From Bacteroidetes bacterium UBA6661 (lineage in GTDB: Bacteria; Bacteroidota; Bacteroidia; AKYH767-A; OLB10): a stretch of 64,000 bases of DNA. Positions 8,739 to 18,271 of this stretch are shown here, in pieces. The stretch covers positions 15,632-79,631 of the forward strand of contig DKKR01000071.1 in assembly GCA_002455375.1 (NCBI GenBank). Direction: 5' to 3'. Each line of letters opens with the position of its first letter. Position 1 is the first letter of the stretch. A program made the translations under genes and the position numbers. Under the pieces are notes generated by a model. That model did no database searches. It saw nothing but the letters and a program-made list of their open reading frames with translations, and had not been told where the DNA came from.

Positions 8739-11297
8739 TTAGCCGCATTTACTATGTCCACAGCTTTTGCATTTAATACAACCCTCTTCAAAATACAATC
8801 CTTCCTTGTCTCCACACTCTGCACAAACTTTATCGTTGACTTTTGTACCGTCAGGAATAAATTGTTTCAATGCACGCATTACACCATTTTTCCAGGTGTT
8901 GATGCTATCAGAATAAAGATGTAAGTTTTCTACCAGATTAACTACTTGTGGTATTGGCATTCCATGTCGCAATACACCACTGATAAGTTTTGCATAGTTC
9001 CAGAATTCTTTATCAAACGAACGCGATAGCCCTTCAATAGTTACTTTAAATCCTTCTTTATCATTAAACTGAAAATCGTATCTTGATTTACCATGTCCGT
9101 TTTTACTCTTGATAATCCATCCAGAAGAAACCCATGCAGGAATACTGAATGCATCTTCTGCCTTACCGGTAAAAATTTCATAAGGTTTGTTGTCTAATAT
9201 GCCGATGTATGCAATCCATTTTTCATCTGCATTCATAAAACGGATAACTTTTGCAGCAAGTATTTCAGGACGCTTTGGTGCACTCGATTCTGTTATTATA
9301 GGTTTAGCTTTTTTCTCTTCTTTTTTTACCAATACACCACTTCGTGAACCTTCTCTGTAAACAGTAATGCCTTTTAATCCGGCACTCCATGCCTGCATAT
9401 AAATTTCGCCAACAGTTTCTGCCGAAACATTTTCAGGAAGATTAATAGTAGAGCTGATAGAGTGTGTAGTATATTTCTGCACTACTGCCTGCATTTTTAT
9501 TCTTTTTTTCCAGTCAATTTCATTAGCAGTACTTCCTGCATAAGGGCTTTTACTGTAGTCTGTACTGTTGTTTGCAGTCATCCATTTTTTTAATCCGTGA
9601 TGATAAACTTCAAACTCCTGCCATGCATCACCGGACTGATCTACAAAACTTGTTTTAGCCTTGCTGTCTTCGGCATTAACTTTTCTTCTGCGTTTATAAC
9701 TTAGCATGAACACTGGCTCAATACCAGATGATGTCTGTGATAGTAAACTTAATGTTCCTGTTGGCGCAACAGTACTGATAGAAATATTTCTTCTTCCATA
9801 TTTCATCATTCTGTTGTAAATGTCGGGTAACTCGGCTTTCATCATATTTACGAACTCCGACTGATCTTCAATTGCCGTGTCGAAGCCTTCAAACGTTCCG
9901 CGTTCAATGGCCATATCAATACTTGAATCAAATTCTGCACGACATTTTTCTTTCATCATCATTTCTACAATGCTAAGAGCATTGTCAGAGTCAAAAGCAA
10001 TATTCATGGCAGCAAGCGCATCGGCTAATGCTGTAAATCCAAGTCCTGTACGTCTTCCTTTTTTACCTGCTTCATACAATGTTATCCAAGTACGCATTTC
10101 TACTTCTTTAATGTAGTCAGGTTCAGGATCCGATTCTATTTTTTGTAGAATTCTTTCAATAGCTTCCAATTCCAAATCAACCAAACCATCCATGAGTCGC
10201 TGTGACTCATAAGTAACTTCATAAAAACGGGTGAAGTTAAACTTAGCCTTCTGTGTAAATGGATGATCTACAAAACTCAATAAATTAATTGCAATTAATC
10301 GGCAACTGTCGCCACCCTGCATTGCAATTTCAGAGCAAGGGTTTGTTGATACGTTTTTAAATCCAGGATAAACAGAAGAGGTAGAATAATGATGTTGTCT
10401 GTCCCAGAAAATAATTCCCGGTTCAGCAGTACGATGCGCACAGGCAATGATGGTCTTCCATAATTCGCGGGCGTTAACTTTTTTCTGTATATAAGGATCA
10501 GTAGAATCAACAGGGAATCTCAGGTTGAAATCAGTATTCTCGTTAACTGCAACCATAAACTCATCTGATAATTTCACGGAAATATTTGCACCGGTAACTT
10601 TACTCAGGTCTTGTTTTATGGTGATAAATTTTTCTACATCAGGGTGAGCAATATCTAATGTAAGCATCAGTGCACCTCTGCGTCCAAGTTGAGCAACTTC
10701 ACGTGTGGTGTTAGAAAAACGCTCCATAAAAGATACAGCACCGGTTGTAGTACCTGCTGCATTGGAAACACGCATACCTTCAGGCCTTATAGTAGAAAGG
10801 TCTAAGCCTGCACCGCATCTGCGCTTATATAATTGCGCAAGTTGCTGGTCGGCAAAAAATATTCCACCGTATGAATCATGTAATTCGGGAAGAACAATAC
10901 AGTTGGATAAAGATGCTATCATGAAGGGGTTGCCTAATGCAGACATGACACTGCCTTGTGGAATAACATAACGGAAGCGATCGAAGAGCTGTGTGATTTT
11001 TTCTGTCGTCAGTTGTTGGCGTTTTTTTCCATAATCAGACAGATGCGTAGTTCTGCTGCCATCGTTCAACAGATTGTATTTTGCTTCAACTCTTGCAAAT
11101 TCACGTGCCATACGCAAATGCATATCATGTGGTGTTCGCTCTACAAACTTTCCTTCTTTGTTTTTCATGGCATATTTGTTCATCCATGTAGTAGCAGCAA
11201 GTTCATCGCCTTCAAAATATTCCAGGCTTGCTTTCAATACGCTTTCATATTCGTAGGTGGTCATCTGACTCTCAGTTGTAATGGTTTCAATCAACAT
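8739..11297 (-). CDS. nrdJ: ribonucleoside-diphosphate reductase, adenosylcobalamin-dependent (class II)
   Basis: 852 aa. Active-site region STNPCSEIAMQGGDSCRL and the TVAPTGTLS motif. C-terminal Cys-rich zinc-ribbon-like tail CAECGDKEGLYFEEGCIKCKSCGHSKCG. Single-subunit size with no adjacent nrdB. Confidence 0.85.
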   Translation of the reverse strand: MLIETITTESQMTTYEYESVLKASLEYFEGDELAATTWMNKYAMKNKEGKFVERTPHDMHLRMAREFARVEAKYNLLNDGSRTTHLSDYGKKRQQLTTEKITQLFDRFRYVIPQGSVMSALGNPFMIASLSNCIVLPELHDSYGGIFFADQQLAQLYKRRCGAGLDLSTIRPEGMRVSNAAGTTTGAVSFMERFSNTTREVAQLGRRGALMLTLDIAHPDVEKFITIKQDLSKVTGANISVKLSDEFMVAVNENTDFNLRFPVDSTDPYIQKKVNARELWKTIIACAHRTAEPGIIFWDRQHHYSTSSVYPGFKNVSTNPCSEIAMQGGDSCRLIAINLLSFVDHPFTQKAKFNFTRFYEVTYESQRLMDGLVDLELEAIERILQKIESDPEPDYIKEVEMRTWITLYEAGKKGRRTGLGFTALADALAAMNIAFDSDNALSIVEMMMKEKCRAEFDSSIDMAIERGTFEGFDTAIEDQSEFVNMMKAELPDIYNRMMKYGRRNISISTVAPTGTLSLLSQTSSGIEPVFMLSYKRRRKVNAEDSKAKTSFVDQSGDAWQEFEVYHHGLKKWMTANNSTDYSKSPYAGSTANEIDWKKRIKMQAVVQKYTTHSISSTINLPENVSAETVGEIYMQAWSAGLKGITVYREGSRSGVLVKKEEKKAKPIITESSAPKRPEILAAKVIRFMNADEKWIAYIGILDNKPYEIFTGKAEDAFSIPAWVSSGWIIKSKNGHGKSRYDFQFNDKEGFKVTIEGLSRSFDKEFWNYAKLISGVLRHGMPIPQVVNLVENLHLYSDSINTWKNGVMRALKQFIPDGTKVNDKVCAECGDKEGLYFEEGCIKCKSCGHSKCG

Positions 11298-11383
11298 ATT
11301 TAGAATTTCTTATTTGTTTAAGTCAAGCAATAATATAGACAAAAAAAATTCTTTCATAAGGTTTTGACTAATATTTATCAGAC

Positions 11384-11395
11384 GTTGTTAACAAC
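11384..11395. promoter_or_regulatory. perfect 12-bp palindrome GTTGTTAACAAC in the divergent nrdJ/tnaA intergenic region (candidate operator)
   Basis: Read directly from the sequence. It lies 87 nt upstream of the nrdJ start and about 180 nt upstream of the tnaA ATG. No known regulator assigned. Confidence 0.25.
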
Positions 11396-11461
11396 CATTG
11401 TTCACTAATTTTATTATTAACAAAGTGGATCAAACAAAGCGTTTGAATTATAAGCGATTGG

Positions 11462-11469
11462 TATATTTG
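11462..11469 (+). promoter_or_regulatory. candidate Bacteroidota -7 promoter box (TAnnTTTG) for tnaA
   Basis: TATATTTG matches the TAnnTTTG consensus. A TTTG lies 16 nt upstream. The box is about 107 nt upstream of the ATG at 11576. Confidence 0.3.
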
Positions 11470-11575
11470 CTAACACGGAGGTAAAAAACAAATGATTATA
11501 ATCATTAGCAAAATTTAATCAAATCATTAAGCAATAGAAAATCTATTTGATTCTTTGCACTGTTTAAATTCTAAT

Positions 11576-12952
11576 ATGAAATTCAAGACAATTATCGAGC
11601 CTTTCAGAATTAAAATGGTAGAACCTATCCACCTCAGTACGGAGGAGCAAAGGAGAGGTTATCTGAAGCAGGCGCATTACAATCCATTTCTGCTTAACAG
11701 CAATCAGGTACTTATAGATTTTCTGACTGACAGTGGTACTTCGGCTATGAGTTCCGACCAATGGTCGGCTATGATGAACGGTGATGAATCGTATGCGGGC
11801 GCCAGTAGCTGGCTGCGTTTTGAGAAAGAAGTGCAAAGCCTTACAGGAATGCCTTTTGTGTTGCCAACACATCAGGGTAGGGCTGCAGAAAGAATTCTTT
11901 ATGGCAAACTTGGAGGTAAGGGAAAAACGTTTATTAGCAACACCCACTTTGATACTACCCGTGCAAATATTGAGTTTAGTGGTGCCGAAGCAATTGATAT
12001 TCCGGTGAAGGAGGGACTTGACTTTGCTTCTGATTTCCCTTTTAAAGGAAATATGGATATAGCGTTACTCGAAAAAACTATTGCAGAAAAAGGTGCAGCA
12101 AATATCGGTGCGGTAATCTTAACCGTTACCAACAATAGTGGTGGAGGTCAACCTGTGAGCATGGAGAATGCCAAGTCTGTTGCAAATGTATGTCGTAAAA
12201 ACAAAGTGTTGTTTGTTATTGACTGTTGCCGTGTTGCAGAAAACAGTTATTATATTCATCATAACGAAGCAGGGTATGAAAATAAAAGTTACAGACAGAT
12301 TGCAGAAGAAATGATGTGTTTGGGTGATGCTGCTGTGATGAGTGCTAAGAAAGATGCATTGGTAAATATGGGCGGATTTCTTGCAGTGAAGGATGCTGAT
12401 CTAGCTGAATCTTGTAAACAATTGTTGATTATTACTGAAGGCTTTGCAACCTATGGCGGACTTGCCGGACGTGATATGGAAGCTATAGCAGTTGGCTTGC
12501 AGGAAGTGTTTGATCCTGGTTATTTGAATTATCGTATTGTAAGTACAAGATATTTGGGCGAAAACATTAAAGCCAAAGGCGTGAATATTATTTACCCTGT
12601 TGGAGGGCATGCAGTTTATGTTGATGCAAAAAGTTTATATCCACACATTCCTCCGCATGAATATCCCGGACAGGCTCTGGTATGTGAATTGTACCGTATT
12701 GGGGGTTTACGCAGTGTTGAAATAGGTTCTGTAATGTTTGGGAAATATGATTCGGATGGTAAGCTGATTCCTGCACCAATGGAGTTGGTACGACTTGCTG
12801 TTCCAAGAAGAGTTTATACACAAAGCCACATTGACTATGTGATTGAAATTTTTGATGAGATAGTGCGAACAAAAGATAAGGTTAAAGGATTAAAGATTGT
12901 AAAAGAACCACAGTTTCTGCGACATTTTACTGCGCATTTTGAGCCGCTTTAA
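11576..12952 (+). CDS. tnaA: tryptophanase (beta-eliminating lyase family, PLP-dependent)
   Basis: The listed start at 11555 is TTG; I prefer the ATG at 11576, which gives MKFKTIIEPFRIKMVEP, the typical TnaA/TPL N-terminus. PLP-lysine motif MSAKKDALVNMGGF, plus PTHQGRAAE and YGGLAGRDMEA. Asp in HFDTT and His in LRHFTA match TnaA rather than tyrosine phenol-lyase. Confidence 0.85.
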   Translation: MKFKTIIEPFRIKMVEPIHLSTEEQRRGYLKQAHYNPFLLNSNQVLIDFLTDSGTSAMSSDQWSAMMNGDESYAGASSWLRFEKEVQSLTGMPFVLPTHQGRAAERILYGKLGGKGKTFISNTHFDTTRANIEFSGAEAIDIPVKEGLDFASDFPFKGNMDIALLEKTIAEKGAANIGAVILTVTNNSGGGQPVSMENAKSVANVCRKNKVLFVIDCCRVAENSYYIHHNEAGYENKSYRQIAEEMMCLGDAAVMSAKKDALVNMGGFLAVKDADLAESCKQLLIITEGFATYGGLAGRDMEAIAVGLQEVFDPGYLNYRIVSTRYLGENIKAKGVNIIYPVGGHAVYVDAKSLYPHIPPHEYPGQALVCELYRIGGLRSVEIGSVMFGKYDSDGKLIPAPMELVRLAVPRRVYTQSHIDYVIEIFDEIVRTKDKVKGLKIVKEPQFLRHFTAHFEPL

Positions 12953-13029
12953 TTTTTATTTGTGATTAACAGTTGAGCATTATTTATTGCAAAAAAGTAT
13001 TTTGTAATATCTGAAGTTAATAGTAGCGT

Positions 13030-13851
13030 TTACCATCCACCGGTGGCACCACCACCTCCGGTGCTACCACCACCAAAGCCTCCAAATCCACCTCCGCTAC
13101 TGCCACCGCCCCAACTGCTGCCACCACCTCCCCAAACACCACCACCTCCGGAAGAGTTGCGTCTGTTATTGGCTGCATTTAAAAGCATCCAGGCAGTCCA
13201 GAAACTTAAATTGTTGAGATGTGCATAGCGCCTGACAGAAAAAACTTTCATCAGCATAATCAAACCGAAAATTAAAAACACAAAAAGTATTGGTGCCCAT
13301 GCCGGTGAATTCTTCTTTGCATTTTCGCCATCTGAAACAAATTCTCCTTTTGTTCGCTGCATAATTTCTGTAACTGCAGCATCAAGTCCCTGATAATATT
13401 GTTGAGATTTGAAGGCGGGTTTTAGCTTCAGCTCAATAATTCTTTTACAAATGGCATCAGGCAAGGCACCTTCAACACCATAGCCTGTAATGATAGTCAT
13501 GCGCCTGTCTTCCATAGCAGCTAAAATCAACACACCATTATCTTTATTCTTCTGACCAATACCCCAATCTCTGAAAAGTGTAATTGCATAATCATCCACA
13601 GGATATTCACCGGTACTACGAATTAATACAATGGCAATTTGTGTAGAAGTGCTATCGTTAAATTGTACCAGTTTTTGTTCTAAAAGATTTTCATCAACAT
13701 CATTCAAGACCCCGGCATAGTCGTTGACTAAACGGGGTGGATTGCTTTGAGGTGGAATTTGTTGTGCATTGCCAACAATTGCAACCTGTAGCAACAATAG
13801 CATCCATAATAAAATTGGACGTGCCTGTTTTTTAATCACCAAAAACCACTT
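13030..13851 (-). CDS. TPM domain protein (YgcG-like) with TM helix and Gly-rich C-terminal tail
   Basis: I prefer the start at MKWFLVIKKQARPILLWMLLLLQVAIVGNAQ (signal peptide). TPM pattern LVNDYAGVL...TQIAIVLI...DWGIGQKNKDNGVLIL...ITGYGVEGALPD. Tail is GGGGVWGGGGSSWGGGSSGGGFGGFGGG. Confidence 0.75.
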   Translation of the reverse strand, partial: KWFLVIKKQARPILLWMLLLLQVAIVGNAQQIPPQSNPPRLVNDYAGVLNDVDENLLEQKLVQFNDSTSTQIAIVLIRSTGEYPVDDYAITLFRDWGIGQKNKDNGVLILAAMEDRRMTIITGYGVEGALPDAICKRIIELKLKPAFKSQQYYQGLDAAVTEIMQRTKGEFVSDGENAKKNSPAWAPILFVFLIFGLIMLMKVFSVRRYAHLNNLSFWTAWMLLNAANNRRNSSGGGGVWGGGGSSWGGGSSGGGFGGFGGGSTGGGGATGGW

Positions 13852-14272
13852 CATTGGAAAGTTCGTCTGAATCATTCTTAGCCACAGGAAAATACATTTT
13901 AAGTTTCTGACCTGTTTCTTCAATGGCATGCAATAGCCCACCGGTATAATCTTTTCTCTTAAAGAATGGAATCATTTCTTCTTTAACCTTGTCCCAAAAG
14001 CCCTGACTTACGTATTGGTGAATTCCACTATCTCCAATGATGGCGAATTGTCTGTTTTCAATGGCAACATAAATCAGAACACCATTGTGAAGTTTGGTTT
14101 CATGCATCTTGAGGTTTTCAAATACTTCTGCTGCGCGGTCAATAATTTCACTCTTTACTTTGCTGTCAATAAAAATCCTGATTTCTCCTGATGTATGTTT
14201 TTCTGCTCGTGCTATTGCATTCTTCAGCAACAGTTGTTGTTCATCAGAAAAGTAATCGGCAGCGTTGGCCAT
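13832..14272 (-). CDS. TPM domain protein (small, cytoplasmic-type)
   Basis: 146 aa. TSGEIRIFI...HNGVLIYVAIENRQFAIIGDSGI pattern. Follows lemA with a 2-nt gap. Confidence 0.75.
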   Translation of the reverse strand: MANAADYFSDEQQLLLKNAIARAEKHTSGEIRIFIDSKVKSEIIDRAAEVFENLKMHETKLHNGVLIYVAIENRQFAIIGDSGIHQYVSQGFWDKVKEEMIPFFKRKDYTGGLLHAIEETGQKLKMYFPVAKNDSDELSNEVVFGD

Positions 14273-14274
14273 AA

Positions 14275-14865
14275 CTAAAACTTAACCTCAGGCGCTTTAT
14301 TGGCACCTTTATCAGATTGAAAATAACCTTTTGATGAAAACCCAAACATGCCGGCAAGCAATGTTTGAGGAAACTTACGTATGTAAGTGTTAAACTGTTG
14401 TGCAGCCTCGTTAAAATCTTTACGTGCCACAGCAATTCTTCTTTCTGTTCCTTCAAGTGTTGCCTGCAATTCAAGAAAGTTCTGATTGGCCTTCAGTACC
14501 GGGTAATTTTCAGTCACCATTAATAGGCGGCCTAATGCAGTACTTAATTGCCCTTGTGCTTCCTGAAACTTCTGAATGTTTTCAGGTGTAAGTTTATCAG
14601 GATCAACTTTTACTTGTGTTGCCGATGCACGTGCTTCAACAACTGCTGTTAAAGTACCTTTTTCAAATTCTGCAGCACCTTTAACTGTATTCACTAAGTT
14701 TGGAATAAGGTCCATTCGTTGTTGGTATTGGTTCTCAACCTGCGCCCATTTTCCTTTAACATTTTCATCAGCAGTTACCATGCTGTTGTAGGTACCTGCA
14801 AACAATCGGTATATTATAAATGCAACAACAAGTAAAATACCAATAATTACTACTGAACGTTTCAT
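14275..14865 (-). CDS. lemA: LemA family protein
   Basis: N-terminal TM helix. Conserved LemA stretch WAQVENQYQQRMDLIPNLVNTVKGAAEFEKGTL and NFLELQATLEGTERRIAVARKDFNEA. Confidence 0.85.
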   Translation of the reverse strand: MKRSVVIIGILLVVAFIIYRLFAGTYNSMVTADENVKGKWAQVENQYQQRMDLIPNLVNTVKGAAEFEKGTLTAVVEARASATQVKVDPDKLTPENIQKFQEAQGQLSTALGRLLMVTENYPVLKANQNFLELQATLEGTERRIAVARKDFNEAAQQFNTYIRKFPQTLLAGMFGFSSKGYFQSDKGANKAPEVKF

Positions 14866-15044
14866 ACTATATGATTTATGGTTTATAAGTTAACGTGCCA
14901 AAACTAAAATGTTTGATAATTCGCTTTTTAGGTAATAGGTAAAAGTTTTAAAATTATAGGTGAATAGTATTATTTTGTGGATAAGGTAAAAATCCTCTGA
15001 GTAAACAAATTTCTTAACATTGCAATTCATTGTTTATTAGCTGA

Positions 15045-15314
15045 ATGAGAAAGACGGTAGCAATTGAAATTATAGGCAAAGTGCAGGGTGTATTTTTCAG
15101 AAAATATACACAGCAGACAGGATGTAGATTAAACCTTTGCGGCTTTGTCTGTAATCGTCCTGACGGTTCGGTTTATATTGAGGCAACAGGTAGCGAATTG
15201 CAGATAAAAGAATTTATTAGATGGTGTCATAACGGTTCACCCATGTCGGTAGTAAGGCAGGTTGTTGTCAGGGAAATTTCTGTCATTCACAGTGAGCCAT
15301 TTCAAATACAGTAG
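15045..15314 (+). CDS. acyP: acylphosphatase
   Basis: 89 aa. GKVQGVFFRKYT motif and overall acylphosphatase length and pattern. Confidence 0.8.
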   Translation: MRKTVAIEIIGKVQGVFFRKYTQQTGCRLNLCGFVCNRPDGSVYIEATGSELQIKEFIRWCHNGSPMSVVRQVVVREISVIHSEPFQIQ

Positions 15315-15355
15315 TAAGTGCAAATAAATTGTAAAACGGCTACTTTAGCCGACTC

Positions 15356-16879
15356 ATGAGTGGAATAAAAAAATTAGCCGGTCAAACAGTACTTTATGGT
15401 CTGAGTAGCATAGTTGGGCGTATGCTAAATTATTTACTCGTTCCTATTTATACCCGCATTTTTTCTCCGGCAGAGTATGGTGTGGTTTCTGAACTTTATT
15501 CTTATTCAGCATTTCTTCTGATACTGTTTACCTACGGCATGGAAACAGCGTTTTTTAATTTCATGCAGAAAGAAGATAATAAAAATAAAGTTTATGAGAA
15601 CTGTATTTCATTGGTTTCTTATACAACAACAATTCTGGTGTTGCTGATGATATTTTTCTCATCGCCTTTGGCTGCAACTATTGAGTATCCCGGAAAGGGA
15701 AATTACATCATCTGGCTTGCATTAATTATTGGATTTGACGCCATCACTGCAATTCCATTTGCAAGATTGCGACAACAAGGCAAAGCATTGCAGTTTGCTT
15801 TATTAAAGATTGCCGGAATTGTGATTAATATAGGCTTGAATTTATTTTTTCTTGTTGGCTGCCCTGTATGGATTAAAGGCAATGATGGTCTGTTGTCACA
15901 ACTTGCAGTTACGTTTTATTCTCCAACAGTTGGAGTAGGCTATGTGTTTATCTCAAACGTCATAGCCAGTGGATTAACCATGCTTTTACTCTACCGGCAA
16001 TTCAGCAATCTAACCTGGCATCTCGACAGTGCGTTAATTAAGCGAATGCTGTATTATGCATTTCCATTGCTTATTGCAGGATTTGCTGGTATGGTTAACG
16101 AAACATTTGACCGTGCTGTTTATAAATACTTAGCTCCGGATGCCAATCACGCTCTACGTGATTTGGGAATTTACAGCGCTTGCTACAAACTTAGTATCAT
16201 CATGACATTGTTTGTGCAGACATTTCGGTATGCTGCCGAGCCTTTTTTCTTTGCGCAGCACGATAAACAAGACAAGAAGGAAACATACTCTAAGGTAATG
16301 ACTTGGTTTGTTATTACCTGTTCTTTTATTTTTTTAGGGGTAATGTTGTTTATTGATGTCATTAAACTTTTTATTGGTGAGCAATTCAGATCAGGCATTG
16401 ATGTGGTTCCCGTACTATTGTTGGCTAATCTTTGTCTTGGTGTGTTTTACAATTTAAGTATGTGGTATAAACTCACAGAAAAAACACGCTATGGGGCATA
16501 TTTTTCAATTTTCGGAGCAGTACTGACAATAATTCTGCTGTTTGTTCTTATACCTTCATTTGGATATATGGGTGCTGCATGGGCTACTTTCATTACCTAT
16601 TTTGCAATGATGATTGTATCTTTCATCACAGGGCAAAAACATTATCCAATTCCTTATAAAGTTAAGAATGATGTGTTTTATGTTTTGTTATCACTAATGC
16701 TGTTTTCACTTTCAGTTTATCTGCAACATCAACTTGATTTACCGGGTTCTGTTAAATGGATTGTCAACATAATTTTACTCTTTATTTTTCCGTTTGTTGT
16801 ATTCAGAATGAATAGAGGAGAGTTAATTAAAAAACAAAATGTGGAATCACAACAGAATACAATAGGCAGAAGGAATTGA
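15356..16879 (+). CDS. oligosaccharide/polysaccharide flippase (MOP superfamily, Wzx-like)
   Basis: 507 aa and about 14 predicted TM helices. N-terminal LYGLSSIVGRMLNYLLVPIYTRIF is typical of polysaccharide biosynthesis (Wzx) proteins. Confidence 0.7.
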   Translation: MSGIKKLAGQTVLYGLSSIVGRMLNYLLVPIYTRIFSPAEYGVVSELYSYSAFLLILFTYGMETAFFNFMQKEDNKNKVYENCISLVSYTTTILVLLMIFFSSPLAATIEYPGKGNYIIWLALIIGFDAITAIPFARLRQQGKALQFALLKIAGIVINIGLNLFFLVGCPVWIKGNDGLLSQLAVTFYSPTVGVGYVFISNVIASGLTMLLLYRQFSNLTWHLDSALIKRMLYYAFPLLIAGFAGMVNETFDRAVYKYLAPDANHALRDLGIYSACYKLSIIMTLFVQTFRYAAEPFFFAQHDKQDKKETYSKVMTWFVITCSFIFLGVMLFIDVIKLFIGEQFRSGIDVVPVLLLANLCLGVFYNLSMWYKLTEKTRYGAYFSIFGAVLTIILLFVLIPSFGYMGAAWATFITYFAMMIVSFITGQKHYPIPYKVKNDVFYVLLSLMLFSLSVYLQHQLDLPGSVKWIVNIILLFIFPFVVFRMNRGELIKKQNVESQQNTIGRRN

Positions 16880-16930
16880 ATGTATATTTGACAAGATTCG
16901 ATATTTTTGCAAATAGTGTAATATTAAAAA

Positions 16931-17374
16931 ATGCAAAACAATACAGAAGTAAAGATTATAAATAAATCATCGCATCCGCTTCCTGCATATGAAAGCAATA
17001 GTGCAGCAGGAATGGATTTAAGAGCCGATATAAAAGAAGCCATAGTGCTTAACCCATTAGAGCGTGCACTTATACCAACAGGAATTTATATTGAGTTGCC
17101 ACTTGGTTATGAAGCGCAAATCAGACCTAGAAGTGGCCTTGCAGCAAAGCATGGTGTTACTGTATTAAACACTCCCGGTACAATTGATGCAGACTATCGG
17201 GGTGAGGTAAAAGTTATTTTAGTGAATCTGTCATCTGCAGCATTCACAATAAATGATGGCGAAAGAATTGCACAAATGGTTGTGGCATCACATCATCGAG
17301 TAGTGTGGAAAGAAACACAGGAGTTGTCAGAAACCAATCGTGGTGCAGGTGGTTTTGGTAGTACAGGTAAATAA
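16931..17374 (+). CDS. dut: dUTP diphosphatase
   Basis: Motifs [39 protein letters not shown]. Confidence 0.9.
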   Translation: MQNNTEVKIINKSSHPLPAYESNSAAGMDLRADIKEAIVLNPLERALIPTGIYIELPLGYEAQIRPRSGLAAKHGVTVLNTPGTIDADYRGEVKVILVNLSSAAFTINDGERIAQMVVASHHRVVWKETQELSETNRGAGGFGSTGK

Positions 17375-17456
17375 TTGATGAATAGTTTTGTCAATTAACA
17401 TATTGTTATAATTACTCATTTCAGAGAATAATATTTTTGAACTCAAATTAAATTGT

Positions 17457-18188
17457 GTGATTGAATCATTAGTTATCATACCAACATACAACGAAAAAGA
17501 AAATATTCAAAAGATTATTAAAGCTGTTTTTAATCTGCTGAATACTTTTCATGTATTGGTTATTGATGACAACTCATCAGACGGCACTTCTGATTTGGTA
17601 AAGCAACTTATGCCTCAGTTTCCGGAGTCATTACATTTGGTTCAGCGGCAAGGAAAAATGGGTTTGGGTACTGCTTATATACACGGTTTCAAATGGGCTT
17701 TAGAGCGCAACTATCAGTATATTTTTGAAATGGATGCCGACTTCTCTCACAATCCTGCTGACTTACAGCGATTGCTCGATGCTTGTAAAAATGGTGGTGC
17801 CGATGTAGCAGTAGGCTCTAGATATATCAATGGTGTGAATGTTGTAAACTGGCCTATTGGCAGAGTAATCATGTCGTATTACGCCAGTGTTTATGTACGA
17901 CTGATTACACGCATGCCTGTTCGTGATGCAACAGCAGGATTTAAATGCTACAAACGCAGTGTGCTTGAAACACTTGATTTGTCAAAGATTAAATTTATGG
18001 GATATGCTTTTCAGATAGAAATGAAATTTGCTGCCTGGTGCAGCGGCTTTCGAATTATCGAAGTTCCCATAATTTTTACCGATCGCACCGAAGGTAAATC
18101 AAAAATGAGCAGCGGAATTTTTAAAGAAGCTTTCTTTGGAGTTATTCAGATGAAAATAAAAAGCTGGTTCAGTAAATACACACTTTAA
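17457..18188 (+). CDS. polyprenol-phosphate mannosyltransferase (GT2 family, Dpm1-like)
   Basis: GTG start. IIPTYNEKENI, VIDDNSSDGT and the EMDADFSHNP (DXD) motifs. Confidence 0.8.
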   Translation: MIESLVIIPTYNEKENIQKIIKAVFNLLNTFHVLVIDDNSSDGTSDLVKQLMPQFPESLHLVQRQGKMGLGTAYIHGFKWALERNYQYIFEMDADFSHNPADLQRLLDACKNGGADVAVGSRYINGVNVVNWPIGRVIMSYYASVYVRLITRMPVRDATAGFKCYKRSVLETLDLSKIKFMGYAFQIEMKFAAWCSGFRIIEVPIIFTDRTEGKSKMSSGIFKEAFFGVIQMKIKSWFSKYTL

Positions 18189-18271
18189 CTTCAATGGCCT
18201 TTTGTAGTTGCTGCTTCACTATGTTAAAGCAATCAGTATAAAATTATCATTTGAGAAAGAAGTAAAATCAA

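Noticed and set aside
9877-11303. Several + strand ORFs (9877-10116, 10705-10971, 10956-11303, 11074-11256) inside nrdJ
   Set aside because: All lie antisense within a long, motif-rich RNR coding sequence. They have no motifs and odd Cys/Phe/Ser-rich composition.
11298-11575. Possible cobalamin riboswitch or NrdR boxes upstream of nrdJ
   Set aside because: The leader is very AT-rich. It has no GC-rich conserved core or B12-box-like element, and no tandem 16-bp NrdR-type palindromes that I can see. Only the 12-bp palindrome is reported, separately.
12953-13029. Possible terminator between convergent tnaA and the TPM gene
   Set aside because: Only a weak AT-rich 8-bp stem with a G-U pair (TTGCAAAA...TTTTGTAA) is present, which is not convincing.
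13043-13228. 61-aa + strand ORF encoding a poly-proline peptide
   Set aside because: It is the reverse complement of the Gly-rich tail of the TPM protein (GGN codons read as NCC Pro codons), so it is a compositional mirror artefact.
13852-13941. 30-codon N-terminal extension of the large TPM protein, overlapping the upstream TPM gene by 110 nt
   Set aside because: The internal Met at 13851 yields a proper signal peptide and cuts the overlap to 20 nt.
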